From: an uncultured bacterium
GTDB taxonomy: Bacteria; JAGOEH01
Assembly (NCBI GenBank): GCA_964632485.1
Contig: CAZWDO010000020.1
Location: 1 to 64,000, forward strand
Length of the DNA: 64,000 nt
Reading direction: 5' to 3'
Shown here: positions 1 through 10,217 of the stretch, in pieces
Layout: the number at the start of each line of letters is the position of its first letter
Position numbering within the stretch: the first letter of the stretch is position 1
Made by a program: the position numbers and the translations under genes
The notes under the pieces: model-generated
The model's input: only the letters and a program-made list of their open reading frames with translations
Told to the model about the DNA's origin: nothing
The model's database searches: none

Positions 1-32
1 GTTTAGCGGGAATTTAGAAGTACTCTCCATTT

Positions 33-1703
33 TCAACTGATGCAGAACAAAACATCTTTGGAATTGGCTAAGAAAACCAGATTAAATTGGTCAGAAGGTT
101 CAATTTTCTCATCCGGTTCTGGAATCAGGAGCATATTCTCTTTATAATATCCTACTGGAATCGCATTGGCAAAGGAAGTTAAACTTTCTCTGAATTGCGC
201 ATTCTATTTTCCGAATAGGATGCCCTTGGCAGGTAGAATATAAAATTCACTACCTTCAAATGTCAATAATTCTCTAAGTATTTGATCGTATCGCATATCT
301 TCAATCAGCATTGATATATAAAAAGACTGATATTCGATATTGTTTATCTGAATATAGTTTTGATCTTCAACATAGTGATATTTACGAAATATTTCCTTAA
401 CATTTTCCCTGTTTCGACTATTATAAAAGTGATGGTTCAAGATAATTACCGGTTTAGAGGATTGAGATTTTGAAATTAACGCTACTAAGGATATCACCTG
501 CTTGATCATAAATACATCGTTGATTTCTCTTTCCTTCAGATTATTAGAAGTCGGATTCCCTATCAATACAATCCCTTTGGTATCCGCAATAGATATTTTT
601 TTGAGATGCAGGGTATCAAAGGGTTTTCCTTTCCGATAAAACAACTTGGTTTTCCCAAGTTCGCTTTTAAGCAAATCGATATCCAAATCTGATTCATTAT
701 TTAATAGAACAATTTTTTGATTTTGCTTATTTTTTTCTGCGTATTGATCAATTTCATTAATTAAAAATAATGTGAGGTTATGCCAACCCAAAATTACAAA
801 ATGATTGGTCTCAATAATATTCCCCCTGCCAGATTTAATCTTTTCAACATAATCTTTAATTCGTTCAATGATGATTGCCAAAACAATCCCCTGGAATATG
901 ATGTTCCCAGCCAATCCTAATAAAATTAAAATAAATGCTATATTCAATTCAAAATGTGATATTTCCTGCGCGAAATTATCAATTCCAAAAAAATTTGCAA
1001 TATAATCCGTACCCAGTAAGGTTACAAAAATAAACCATCCCGTCAGTTTTTCATACTGAAGTTTATGCTGTAAGGGGAAAAAGAAAATCAGAATAATTAA
1101 ACTGACAATAAAAAAAATATTTAGAAACTGGCGTTTAATCGATCCTTCAAATCCCTGGTTGAACTGATAGATCACCCATTGGATATATTTATTGCTAATG
1201 ATTGTCCGGAATCGGAGAATCCGTAAAAACCGCAAAAAAATCGTGAAATCATAAAGAGTGGAATCCGGAAACCATAACAAAAAAAGCGTATCAAAAGGGA
1301 ATATTGCAATCCAATCAATATAATACTTATCAATCCATAAATAGCGATAGATTTTAACAATTTCATGCCGCGTATCAATAGTATGATAAGTAATAAGATA
1401 TCTTGCAACAAGTTCTATAACAAAAATCGTAGAAATCACCTGGTAAATCAGTATCAGTACCAAATATGCCGGGGTTGATAAAATTCCTCTGGACACATAT
1501 TGCGCAATAGTATAAAAAATATTGTACCCGGGAATCAATAATTTCCATGAATTGATGGATTGATTGAACAAATTATAACTCGTATCATATATTGATGTAA
1601 GTTCTAAATATGAGAGCAAAAGAGAAACTATGATAAGAAGCGTAATTACAATTTCTAACCGTTCCTGGCTGGTTTCCCGATTTTGGGCAATTTGGGTTTC
1701 CAT
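33..1703 (-). pseudogene. CASTOR/POLLUX-like ion channel (voltage-sensor-like TM segments + RCK domain), interrupted by in-frame TAG at 204-206
   Basis: S4-like FLRFLRILRFR; RCK entry motif GRGNIIETNHFVILGW; ELLTFEGSEFY. After the TAG the same frame continues 56 codons (NAQFRESLTSFANAIPVG...EPDEKIEPSDQFNLVFLA) to TGA at 33-35, matching the family's RCK C-terminal motif. Confidence 0.7.
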
Positions 1704-1993
1704 ATTTTTCCTTTTCAGTCTATACTTTGATTTTGCAAATTACTTTACTACCCTTAAAATAAACTGGTTCAATACATAATTGGATTATATCGATTATATT
1801 TTGTTGCTTTTTGGGCGCATTCGATGACTTGATCGTTTAATGCTCGATAATCCTTTGATTCTGTAACCTTTCCTTTGATTTTTTTTCATAAAAATTTTGT
1901 GAATGTTCTCATAATGATGGTATCCCCGGGATACGGTAGGCATGAACTGATAATATTTCCTCCTGATGACGCTTTTCAATCAAATGCTTTATA

Positions 1994-2021
1994 ATGATAC
2001 AAAAAAAAATATAAAAGTCAA
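1994..2021 (-). promoter_or_regulatory. sigma70-like promoter upstream of the channel gene
   Basis: TTGACT (2021-2016), 16-nt T-rich spacer, TATCAT (1999-1994). Confidence 0.4.
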
Positions 2022-2035
2022 GTTTTTTTAAAATT

Positions 2036-2069
2036 AAAAAGGTACCGAAGTTTTTTACGCTCCGGTACC
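2036..2069 (-). terminator. intrinsic terminator after WG-repeat gene
   Basis: Inverted repeat GGTACCGAAG...CTCCGGTACC (2041-2069, one mismatch), followed by T5 on the minus strand. Confidence 0.55.
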
Positions 2070-2125
2070 ATGGAGAGTGAGGCGTGATACCTATCGTTGC
2101 GGTATTTCTATATCAACCCATTTTA

Positions 2126-3736
2126 TTAATCGATATTTTCTTCTTCCGAAACATCCGAATCCGTTGATTCACGATTGGGCGGATTAAATCCAACAATAAT
2201 TTGTTCGTTTTCCGGATCATTGATTACGACTAACACCATATTTTTACTGTCAAGCACAAATCTGTTTTCTGTTGACCGCTGCTCATTTTTTGTATAGCCG
2301 GTAAAAGCGTTGATCATTGCTTTAAAAACCTGATCAGATTTATTCTTGCCATTGTTTTTTAATTTGACTATATAATATGTATTCTGAACCATTACATTCT
2401 CATTATAATACCAGGTCCATCCACTAGAATACACCGGGGCTTGATAAAAACTGACTCCAAAAAACAAATTGGCATCAGCGCTGATTTTCTCTTCTATAAA
2501 AATAATATCTTTTACGCCCTTTTCAATCTGATCGCTGGTTTTGCCGAATTTTTCCAGTATTTGTTTCGCTGTAACCGGAGTCGTAATACCTTCAATGCTT
2601 TTTTCTGTTAAGTTTTTCTTTACCCTTGCAATAATAGCATTCACATCAAAAAAATCTGTCTCCACCGCTTCATAATAAGTACTATTGTAAATCAAATATA
2701 CATAGTCTTTGGAAACTTTTTTAAATTGTGGATTGATCGCATAGCTCCCTTTTTGATCGATGAAGCCGATTTTAAAATTGTCATCTTTAAACAAAGCCAT
2801 ATCCCCATCAAATGGCATCAACTCAGCAAATGACGGATTGATAACTATTTTCTGGTCTTTATTAATACCTCCAAATTTTGAACCAGTGGATGCCGGCGCT
2901 AATTCATTCCCGTTAAATGGATAAGCAATATCAAATTGCGGATTGATCATGATTTTACTTTCCATATTTATCCATCCGTATTTGTTATCCTGAACATACA
3001 AATACCAATCGCCATCCGCGGTAAGCGATTCATAATTCGGATTGATTTTATATTTGCCTTTTTTATCAATAACGCCGTATTTTTCCCCGGATTTTACCAC
3101 TGCATATCCATTGATAAATTTATATGCGCCATCAAATTGATGGGGGATGACCAGAGCGCCGCTTTTATCGATGAACCCATATTTATCATTATCATTGGCC
3201 ACCGCGCAAAATCCATCGGAAAAATTTCCCACCTCAGAAAACTGCGGAGTAATTTTGATTTCTCCTTTTTTATTGACAAACCCCCATTGGGTTTTTCCTT
3301 CACTGTTCGTTTGACTGAAAGCCGCTAAATCTTCAAAAAAAATTCTCACATTTATCGCATCTTTTAGCGTAAATTTAATTTCGCCCTTTTCATCGATGGC
3401 CGTCGGTGACCCATTTTCCATTACCACTAAAGCGACCCCTTCCTGAAATATAGTCGCATATTTATATGCGGGCTGAATAATATACTCTCCCTTTTCATTA
3501 ATATACCCCCATTTAGTCCCTATCCCGTCGGGTTTTACCAATGCGATACCGCTCCTGAAACAGCTAACTTCGCTGAACTGCGGATTAATGACAATATCTC
3601 CGTCGCGATTAATGTATTGGTATTTATCATCTGCCTGCACTGGAAATAATTTCGTTGTTTCCTTGCCCGATTTTCCGCACAGCATGAATACCATCCATGC
3701 TAAACAACTGATCCACAACACACTTTTGGCTCGCAT
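2126..3736 (-). CDS. WG-repeat (KWG) putative lipoprotein with uncharacterised C-terminal domain
   Basis: About 9 repeats of K(W/Y)G(Y/F)I(N/D)xxGxxxIxPxF; hydrophobic N-terminus with Cys20 (FMLC-GK); RBS GAAGGAGA. Confidence 0.85.
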   Translation of the reverse strand: MRAKSVLWISCLAWMVFMLCGKSGKETTKLFPVQADDKYQYINRDGDIVINPQFSEVSCFRSGIALVKPDGIGTKWGYINEKGEYIIQPAYKYATIFQEGVALVVMENGSPTAIDEKGEIKFTLKDAINVRIFFEDLAAFSQTNSEGKTQWGFVNKKGEIKITPQFSEVGNFSDGFCAVANDNDKYGFIDKSGALVIPHQFDGAYKFINGYAVVKSGEKYGVIDKKGKYKINPNYESLTADGDWYLYVQDNKYGWINMESKIMINPQFDIAYPFNGNELAPASTGSKFGGINKDQKIVINPSFAELMPFDGDMALFKDDNFKIGFIDQKGSYAINPQFKKVSKDYVYLIYNSTYYEAVETDFFDVNAIIARVKKNLTEKSIEGITTPVTAKQILEKFGKTSDQIEKGVKDIIFIEEKISADANLFFGVSFYQAPVYSSGWTWYYNENVMVQNTYYIVKLKNNGKNKSDQVFKAMINAFTGYTKNEQRSTENRFVLDSKNMVLVVINDPENEQIIVGFNPPNRESTDSDVSEEENID

Positions 3737-3803
3737 AATTTCTCCTTCTCTTAGGTTACGTTGAACATTTCCTGATTACGATTTTGCAAAAATAATAGTT
3801 ACT

Positions 3804-3822
3804 TGCGTCAAATAGTGTCGTG
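3804..3822. promoter_or_regulatory. candidate operator for the WYL regulator (imperfect palindrome)
   Basis: TGCGTCA-aatag-TGTCGTG lies between the divergent WG-repeat and WYL genes and is the only GC-containing dyad in an AT-rich spacer. Confidence 0.4.
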
Positions 3823-3901
3823 ATTAATAATATATGTTGATTTTTTTTTTATTTTTTTTATATTGTAAAAAGTAGCCAACCTTTTTATAAAGGATTATGA
3901 T

Positions 3902-4847
3902 ATGCAAAAACACGTCTATATCACCTTGCGTATTCTTAAACTATTATCGCAGGAACCCTATATTACTTCCCGAATGGTTGCGGATGATATGCAATTGTCT
4001 GTGCGCAGCGCTCAGCGGTATCTGGATGAAATCTCTTGCCGCAGTTTTGTTCACACTGAGAAAATTGGAACACAAATCCGTTATTTTTTGCTGAAAAATG
4101 AATTTTATATCGAGAATTCCATTCTCAATGATGTCGAAATTTCGTTTATCAATATGTTGCTAAATCTTGGGGTTGATGAACTGAAAATGGATGGATCTTT
4201 TATCGATCAGCTAAAGAGTAAAATTTTTTATATGAGTACTATCCCTTATTCCGCGGTGACCCGATATGACAAAGTCGATTTTGCCAGGCTCACCCGCCAA
4301 CGACTTGAAATTGAGAAAGCGATTAAAAAGAAAAAAGTGATTTCTTTTGTTTATACCCGATATTCAAACCCTCAGGAGTTCACAGCGCATCCCTATCGCA
4401 TGATCTTTTACAATGGTTTTTTGATGCTATTATGCCTGCATGATCAGATTTTAAAAAAATTTGCGGTCGATTTTATGGAAAACATTCAAATTGATCNNNN
4501 NNNNNNTAGCCTATATTCCCAAAAATGAAGAAGAAATTAAAATTTTATTATCCAATGTCCGATCGATGTGGTTTCAGAATTCTACCAGTCCTGTTACTGT
4601 TCAGGTCAAATTTTTTAAAATGCTCACTAAACTGCTGGAGATGAAGGAGTGTTTTCCCAATCAACGAATTATCAGCAAAGATGACACGGGATGCCTGGTT
4701 GAGTTTGATGCGCACAACGAACAGGATTGTTGGGATATGCTGAAAGTTTATATTCCTAACTTTATTATCATATCGCCTGAGCCTTACCGCGATTTTATCT
4801 GCAACCAGATAGGGATTTTTGTCAACAATCATCCGAACTTATCGTAA
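3902..4847 (+). CDS. WYL-domain transcriptional regulator (HTH-WYL-WCX), one gene split artificially by the N-gap at 4497-4506
   Basis: HTH VADDMQLSVRSAQRYL; WYL core FVY...HPYRMIFYNGFLML...KKFAVDFM; WCX-like tail IIISPEPYRD. Removing the 10 Ns joins GAT C|TA GCC in frame (about 311 aa). Confidence 0.85.
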
Positions 4848-4983
4848 TTGTCTATCATTTTTATATTTTATTACGCTGTAATCCCGATGATATCAGTGGA
4901 GCTGTCAGGAATTATGAGCGAGATGATTGAGTTGGGCGTTGACGATGACCTTGAAGAGGGCGGAATGGTATCGGCTTTAAGAT

Positions 4984-5904
4984 TTAAGCGCGGGGATGGG
5001 CCTGTTTGTAGATGGCTTTGAGTTTGTCGATAGATATATGCGTATAGATTTGTGTTGTGGAGAGGCTGGCGTGGCCCAGCAGTTCTTTGACGGCGCGCAG
5101 ATCAGCGCCGTTATTGAGCAGATGCGTAGCGAAAGAATGGCGCAGGATATGCGGACTTAACCGTTTGGCCTGCGAGACTTTGATCAGGTACCGATGAACA
5201 ATTTTTTCCAGCGAGACACGTGAAAGCGGAGTGCCGCGGTAATTAATGAACAGGAAGTTATGGTCGCCCTGCCGTCGTGAACGCCACGGCGTCAGATATT
5301 GTTCCAGTTTTTTCCGCGCCGCATCGCCAAAAGGCACAATGCGTTCTTTGGCGCCTTTTCCTAATACTCGTATCTGCTGATGATAAAAATCAACGGAAAG
5401 CTGGCTCAGCCCCAATAGTTCAGAACAGCGTATGCCGGTACTGTATAGCAGTTCGAATATCAACTGGTTGCGCAATATTAAAAAAGGATCTTTCGGATGA
5501 TTGGCTTCTTCGTTTAGTACCTGGTTAAAAAGCTGAAACATTTCATTTTCATCGATATATTCCGGCAGGCGTTTTTCCTTTTTAATCGCGGCGATATGGG
5601 AAGTGGGATTATCTCGGATTACATGCCGTGTTTTTAAAAATCGATAAAATGTTTTGAGCGAAGCAATTTTGCGTGAAATGGAACTCTTTTTCAGTTTCCG
5701 TTGGCTCAAATAGTTAATATAGATGCGCAATACGAATTTATCAATCAATTCGACTTGTTCGTCACGGATATAATTTTGATCGCTTAAATATTGAAAACAG
5801 GCCGTTATATCAGCGATATAGTTTTTAATGGTATGGGGGCTGTAGTTGCGTTCTATCGTGAGGTAGCGGCGAAAATCGTCGATATGATGCGCCAACCGGT
5901 TCAT
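4984..5904 (-). CDS. xerC: tyrosine recombinase XerC
   Basis: YSTGIRCSEL, GKGAKERIVP, HILRHSFATHLL, LLGHASLSTTQIYTH. Start reassigned to ATG 5904, which overlaps the topA stop (ATGA). Confidence 0.9.
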   Translation of the reverse strand: MNRLAHHIDDFRRYLTIERNYSPHTIKNYIADITACFQYLSDQNYIRDEQVELIDKFVLRIYINYLSQRKLKKSSISRKIASLKTFYRFLKTRHVIRDNPTSHIAAIKKEKRLPEYIDENEMFQLFNQVLNEEANHPKDPFLILRNQLIFELLYSTGIRCSELLGLSQLSVDFYHQQIRVLGKGAKERIVPFGDAARKKLEQYLTPWRSRRQGDHNFLFINYRGTPLSRVSLEKIVHRYLIKVSQAKRLSPHILRHSFATHLLNNGADLRAVKELLGHASLSTTQIYTHISIDKLKAIYKQAHPRA

Positions 5905-8141
5905 TCGGGGTGGTCCCCGGAATGGGCTTTCCCTTTGTATTTGCATTTCAGGCAATATTGTTGCCCTGCGCTGCGCTGGGATTGCTTTTCCAGCAAGAAG
6001 GGCGCATGGCATTGGGGGCAGGGTATCGCAACCGGTTTATCCCAGGTTGAAAATTTGCATTTGGGGTAATTTGAGCATGAATAATAGATTTTTTTCTTTT
6101 TAGTTTGTTTCTCAACCAGGTCGCCCCCGCAGTCGGGTTCGGGACATTTAATTCCGATGCTATAGGGACCGGTATAGTCGCAATCGGGATACCGGCTACA
6201 GGCCACAAACCGGCCATATTTCCCGGTACGAAGGATCAGATTGCCTTGTTCACATTTGGGGCATTTAGTCTCGGTGGACATGGCTTCAACTTGTTCGGGT
6301 AACGGCTGTGTATAGCGGCATGTTGGGAAATTACTGCAAGCCATAAATTTACCATGTTTCCCCCATTTGATCAGCAATTCGCCCCCGCATTTCGGGCAGG
6401 GAATATCGGTCGTATCCCGCAATCCCGCTTTAATGGTTTGGCGTTGGCTTTCCAGTTCGGTCAGTTTAATTTCAAATGGTACGTAAAAATTTTTCAGGAT
6501 TTCGATCCAATCGGATTGTCCCTGCTCAATGGTGTCCAGTCGGTTTTCCATCTGTGATGTAAAACCGGTATCGATAATGTCGGGAAAACAGGTGACCAAA
6601 ATTTGGTTGACGACTTCGCCCACTTCAGTGGGGAAAAACCGTTTTTCCTTTAATTCTACGTATTTGCGCTCGAGCAGGGTAGAGATGATCTGCGCATAAG
6701 TGGATGGGCGCCCGATTCCTTTTTGTTCCAGTTCCTTGATGAGGGACGCTTCGTTATAGCGGGGCGGCGGTTTGGTAAAGTGTTGTTCCGGCAGAAATTC
6801 CAGCGGATTCAATGTTTGATTCTTCTGCAATACCGGCAGGGGTTTATTGGCATCATCTTTTTTATCGGTTTCATTCAGGTCTTGATAAACTTTAAGAAAT
6901 CCGTCAAATTTTTGGATAGAACCTACGGTCTTAAGTTGGTAGGAACCGGCTTGAATATCGATGCGGGTAATTTCGAATTGGGCTGCGGCCATTTGGCTGG
7001 CTAAGTACCGGTTCCAGATGAGTAAATAGAGTCGGTACTGGTCGGAGGTCAGGGAGTGTCTGATGCGTTCCGGCTCGAAATCGAGATAAGTTGGCCGGAC
7101 TGCTTCATGGGCGTCCTGGATTTTAGTATCGGATTTTTTTGCGCGGTTGATGCTTTTGCCATTATATCCGGCGCCATATTTTCGCGCAATGAAGGATTTG
7201 CTGAGGTCTTGAAACTCTGTATTGATGCGGGTGCTGTCGGTACGCATATAAGTGATTAAACCGACCTGGTTGCCATCGTCGAGGGTGACGCCTTCATAGA
7301 GTTGTTGGGCGATCATCATGGTTTTTTTGGGGGACATGCCCAGTCGGCGCGAGGCATCCTGCTGCAGGGTGCTGGTGATGAACGGCGGCGCGGGTTGACG
7401 ATATTGTAAACGGGAAGAGATATCGGACACTGAGAATTTTTCATTTTTGAGTTCGCCAAGGATCCGTTCGGCTTGTTCCTGATTGGGAATTTCAATTTTT
7501 TTATTCTGAAATTTTTCCAGCTCGGCTTTGAATTTAATTTTTTGTTCCTCAAAGGCCACGTCGATGGTCCAATATTCCACTTCAATGAAGGCGCGGATTT
7601 CGGTTTCCCGTTCGCAAATGATACGCAGGGCAACTGATTGAACGCGGCCGGCGCTCAGGCCTTTAAAGACGGTCTTCCAGAGAAAGGGGCTAATCTTGTA
7701 GCCTACCAGTCGGTCCAGCAAGCGACGCGCTTGCTGGGCATTGACCAGATTCATATTAATATCGGATGGGTCTTCCAGCGCTTCCTGAATCGCTTTGGGG
7801 GTGATCTCGTTGAAGCGAATGCGGTAGCATTGGTGCGAGTTATTGACGATTTTGTTCGCCACATGCCAGGCAATGGCTTCCCCTTCGCGATCAGGATCGG
7901 GGCCCAGGTAGATCGTTTTGGCCTCGTTAGCGGCTTGTTTCAACTGCTGAATCACGCGTTGTTTCCCTTTTACGACGGTGTATTGAGGCGTAAAATCGTT
8001 TTCAAGATCGATTCCCATGCGGTCTTCCGGTAAATCGACAATATGGCCCATCGTGGCCATTACCTCAAAATCCTTACCGAGAAATTTTTTTATGGTTTTT
8101 ACTTTGGTAGGAGACTCAACGATCAGAAGATTCCTGGCCAT
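5901..8141 (-). CDS. topA: DNA topoisomerase I
   Basis: LLIVESPTK, DPDREGEAI, SAGRVQS, ITYMRTDS; C-terminal C4 zinc ribbons. Confidence 0.97.
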   Translation of the reverse strand: MARNLLIVESPTKVKTIKKFLGKDFEVMATMGHIVDLPEDRMGIDLENDFTPQYTVVKGKQRVIQQLKQAANEAKTIYLGPDPDREGEAIAWHVANKIVNNSHQCYRIRFNEITPKAIQEALEDPSDINMNLVNAQQARRLLDRLVGYKISPFLWKTVFKGLSAGRVQSVALRIICERETEIRAFIEVEYWTIDVAFEEQKIKFKAELEKFQNKKIEIPNQEQAERILGELKNEKFSVSDISSRLQYRQPAPPFITSTLQQDASRRLGMSPKKTMMIAQQLYEGVTLDDGNQVGLITYMRTDSTRINTEFQDLSKSFIARKYGAGYNGKSINRAKKSDTKIQDAHEAVRPTYLDFEPERIRHSLTSDQYRLYLLIWNRYLASQMAAAQFEITRIDIQAGSYQLKTVGSIQKFDGFLKVYQDLNETDKKDDANKPLPVLQKNQTLNPLEFLPEQHFTKPPPRYNEASLIKELEQKGIGRPSTYAQIISTLLERKYVELKEKRFFPTEVGEVVNQILVTCFPDIIDTGFTSQMENRLDTIEQGQSDWIEILKNFYVPFEIKLTELESQRQTIKAGLRDTTDIPCPKCGGELLIKWGKHGKFMACSNFPTCRYTQPLPEQVEAMSTETKCPKCEQGNLILRTGKYGRFVACSRYPDCDYTGPYSIGIKCPEPDCGGDLVEKQTKKKKIYYSCSNYPKCKFSTWDKPVAIPCPQCHAPFLLEKQSQRSAGQQYCLKCKYKGKAHSGDHPE

Positions 8142-8143
8142 AA

Positions 8144-8614
8144 TTATAATACCTTACGATATGGGAATGCCAATGGAAAAAGCACCAGATAGGTTTCCGG
8201 ATTGGTTAATATTTCAAGCTCGCCGAAAATATCCATCAGAATACCAAATAAAAATTCAGGTTCTTCCAAACGCTGGTAGTTGATTTCGATCTTTTGAAAA
8301 ATTTGTTCGATTTTTTGATTGGTAACTAAGTTGAGCTCTCTGAAGAGGATCAAAGTCTCATTGATTCGATGCAAAACGGACTGAAACGGTTCCGCCATGA
8401 AAAATGAAGAGAAGTAATCATCGGTCAATTTGACCGAATCTTCCTTGCCGGGAACAAAATAGCTCATGAACTGATACGCCTGGTTGATTTCATCGCTGCC
8501 GAAACCGACTGACATCAATTCTTTTGTCAGGTCGGACGAGGAGTAGAGATCGTGATCGATAAACAAAAAATTATTAATGATATACTGGATGATATGAAAA
8601 ACAGAAGGATTCAT
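8144..8614 (-). CDS. Smg/DUF494-like protein
   Basis: N-terminal pattern (IIQYI...LTKELMSVGFGSDEINQA) resembles Smg; position directly upstream of topA is typical. Confidence 0.6.
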   Translation of the reverse strand: MNPSVFHIIQYIINNFLFIDHDLYSSSDLTKELMSVGFGSDEINQAYQFMSYFVPGKEDSVKLTDDYFSSFFMAEPFQSVLHRINETLILFRELNLVTNQKIEQIFQKIEINYQRLEEPEFLFGILMDIFGELEILTNPETYLVLFPLAFPYRKVL

Positions 8615-8626
8615 GCGAACCTCTAA

Positions 8627-10165
8627 TTAGTGTTTGAAATGTCGAACATGGGACAGGTACATCGTCAGGTGATAGGAGCGGGCGGCTTCGATGACTTCTT
8701 CGTCGCGGGCGGAACCTCCCGGTTGGATGATGGCGGCAAGTTTGTAAGGGGCGCAAAAATCAATATTGTCACGGAACGGGAAGAAGGCATCGGATGCCAA
8801 AATAGTGCCTTCAATGGGATGGCCGTTTTCAGAACATTTGCGCAATGCGATTTTGACGGCGTCAACCCGGCTGGTCTGGCCGGCTCCGATCCCGATCAGT
8901 TGCTGGTTGTTGACGAGGACAATGGCGTTTGATTTGACGTGTTTTACGACTCGAATAGCGAAATAGAGATCGCGCAATCGGCTTTCCTCTAAGGGCTCGC
9001 CACTGACTAACTCCAATTGGTTGAATTCCGGATAATTGAAATCCGGGGTCTGCGCCAGAAATCCGGCGCCTATATCCTTGAATTCCAATGCCCAGGGACT
9101 TTCATTATGTTCCCAGAGTAAGAGACGGCGGTTTTTCTTTTGTTTAAGAATGCTGAGCGCTTCCTCGCAATAGCCCGGCGCCAGCAGGCATTCGTTAAAA
9201 AAATCATTGATCAGTTGGGCGATATCTGTATCCACCGGCCGGTTGAGAGCGATAATTCCGCCAAACGCCGATAAAGGGTCGCCTTCGCGGGCTTTTATGA
9301 ACGCGTTTTGTATCGATTCAGCCTGGGCAAATCCGCAGGGATTGGTGTGCTTGATGATCACAGCCGCGGGTTCTTCCGATTCCCGGATGATTTGCAGGGC
9401 AGCCTGTAAGTCAACCAGATTGTTGTATGATAATTCTTTTCCATGAATCTGGCGGTAATCCAGGGTCTCCCTGTGTCCGGCTTTCTGGTAATAGAACGCT
9501 TTTTGATGAGGATTTTCACCGTAGCGCAGTTCACTCATCTGGCGCAGGGGCAGAGTTAAAAATTCAGTGTCGCTGATTGTGGCGGGATTGAGGTAGTGAA
9601 AAATGATGCTGTCATAAAATGCGGTGCGCGCAAACGCTTTGGCAGCCATTTCCAGTCGTTCGGACGTCGTGAATCCCTGTCTGTTGGTTAGTTTTTCGAT
9701 AACCCGGGGATAGTCGGCCGGTTCCACAACTACAATAACATCCTGGTGATTTTTTGCCCCGGCCCGGATCAGGGTCGGGCCGCCGATATCAATGTTCTCG
9801 ATGGCTTCTTCCTGGGTAGTTTCAGGGTTGCGGATTACGTTCTCAAACGGATAAAGATTGCAGATTACATACGCAATATCGGGTAGATTTTCTTTTTGAG
9901 CGACCTGGCAATGTTCTGACGATGATCGTCGGTAGAGGATTCCTCCCGCGATTTTGGGATGCAGGGTTTTCACCCGGCCTTCCAGAATCTCGGCGAATCC
10001 GGTGATCGATTCGACGGTTTCAACGGGTTTTCCATGGGCTTGTAAATGACGGGCGGTACCGCCACTGCTGATTATGTGAATTCCCGCCTGAATAAACGCA
10101 TCGGCCAGATCAAGTATTCCCGTTTTATCATAGACACTCAGGATGGCATAGATTGGTTTTTTCAT
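8627..10165 (-). CDS. purH: bifunctional AICAR transformylase/IMP cyclohydrolase
   Basis: LSVYDKTG, GRVKTLHP, IDIGGPT, LRYGENPHQ, KHTNPCG, SDAFFPF, RHFKH. Confidence 0.97.
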   Translation of the reverse strand: MKKPIYAILSVYDKTGILDLADAFIQAGIHIISSGGTARHLQAHGKPVETVESITGFAEILEGRVKTLHPKIAGGILYRRSSSEHCQVAQKENLPDIAYVICNLYPFENVIRNPETTQEEAIENIDIGGPTLIRAGAKNHQDVIVVVEPADYPRVIEKLTNRQGFTTSERLEMAAKAFARTAFYDSIIFHYLNPATISDTEFLTLPLRQMSELRYGENPHQKAFYYQKAGHRETLDYRQIHGKELSYNNLVDLQAALQIIRESEEPAAVIIKHTNPCGFAQAESIQNAFIKAREGDPLSAFGGIIALNRPVDTDIAQLINDFFNECLLAPGYCEEALSILKQKKNRRLLLWEHNESPWALEFKDIGAGFLAQTPDFNYPEFNQLELVSGEPLEESRLRDLYFAIRVVKHVKSNAIVLVNNQQLIGIGAGQTSRVDAVKIALRKCSENGHPIEGTILASDAFFPFRDNIDFCAPYKLAAIIQPGGSARDEEVIEAARSYHLTMYLSHVRHFKH

Positions 10166-10188
10166 GGCTTTTCCTTCTTTTTTTGTTT

Positions 10189-10217
10189 ATAATAAAAATT
10201 TTTTTCCGAAAAGTCAA
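10189..10217 (-). promoter_or_regulatory. sigma70-like promoter for purH operon
   Basis: TTGACT-N17-TATTAT. Confidence 0.55.

Noticed and set aside
204..206. Genome-wide TAG recoding
   Set aside because: TAG ends several complete genes in the window (sppA, aminotransferase, sensor kinase).
1794..1979. 61-aa ORF between the promoter and the channel gene
   Set aside because: No recognisable domain, and AGGAGG is too far from the in-frame ATG. It may be a decayed gene but cannot be supported.
2750..3640. Periodic repeats suggesting a CRISPR or DNA repeat array
   Set aside because: These are protein-level WG repeats with degenerate DNA, not identical repeats with spacers.
4497..4506. Apparent frameshift splitting the WYL gene
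   Set aside because: Artefact of a 10-N placeholder; removing it restores the frame. The GH94 gap at 54972-54981 is also a placeholder, and the sppA flanks at 32111-32120 appear to overlap to give QYGGLM.
4984..5904. Integrase of a prophage or island
   Set aside because: XerC-like sequence coupled to topA in a housekeeping operon; no att sites or phage genes seen.
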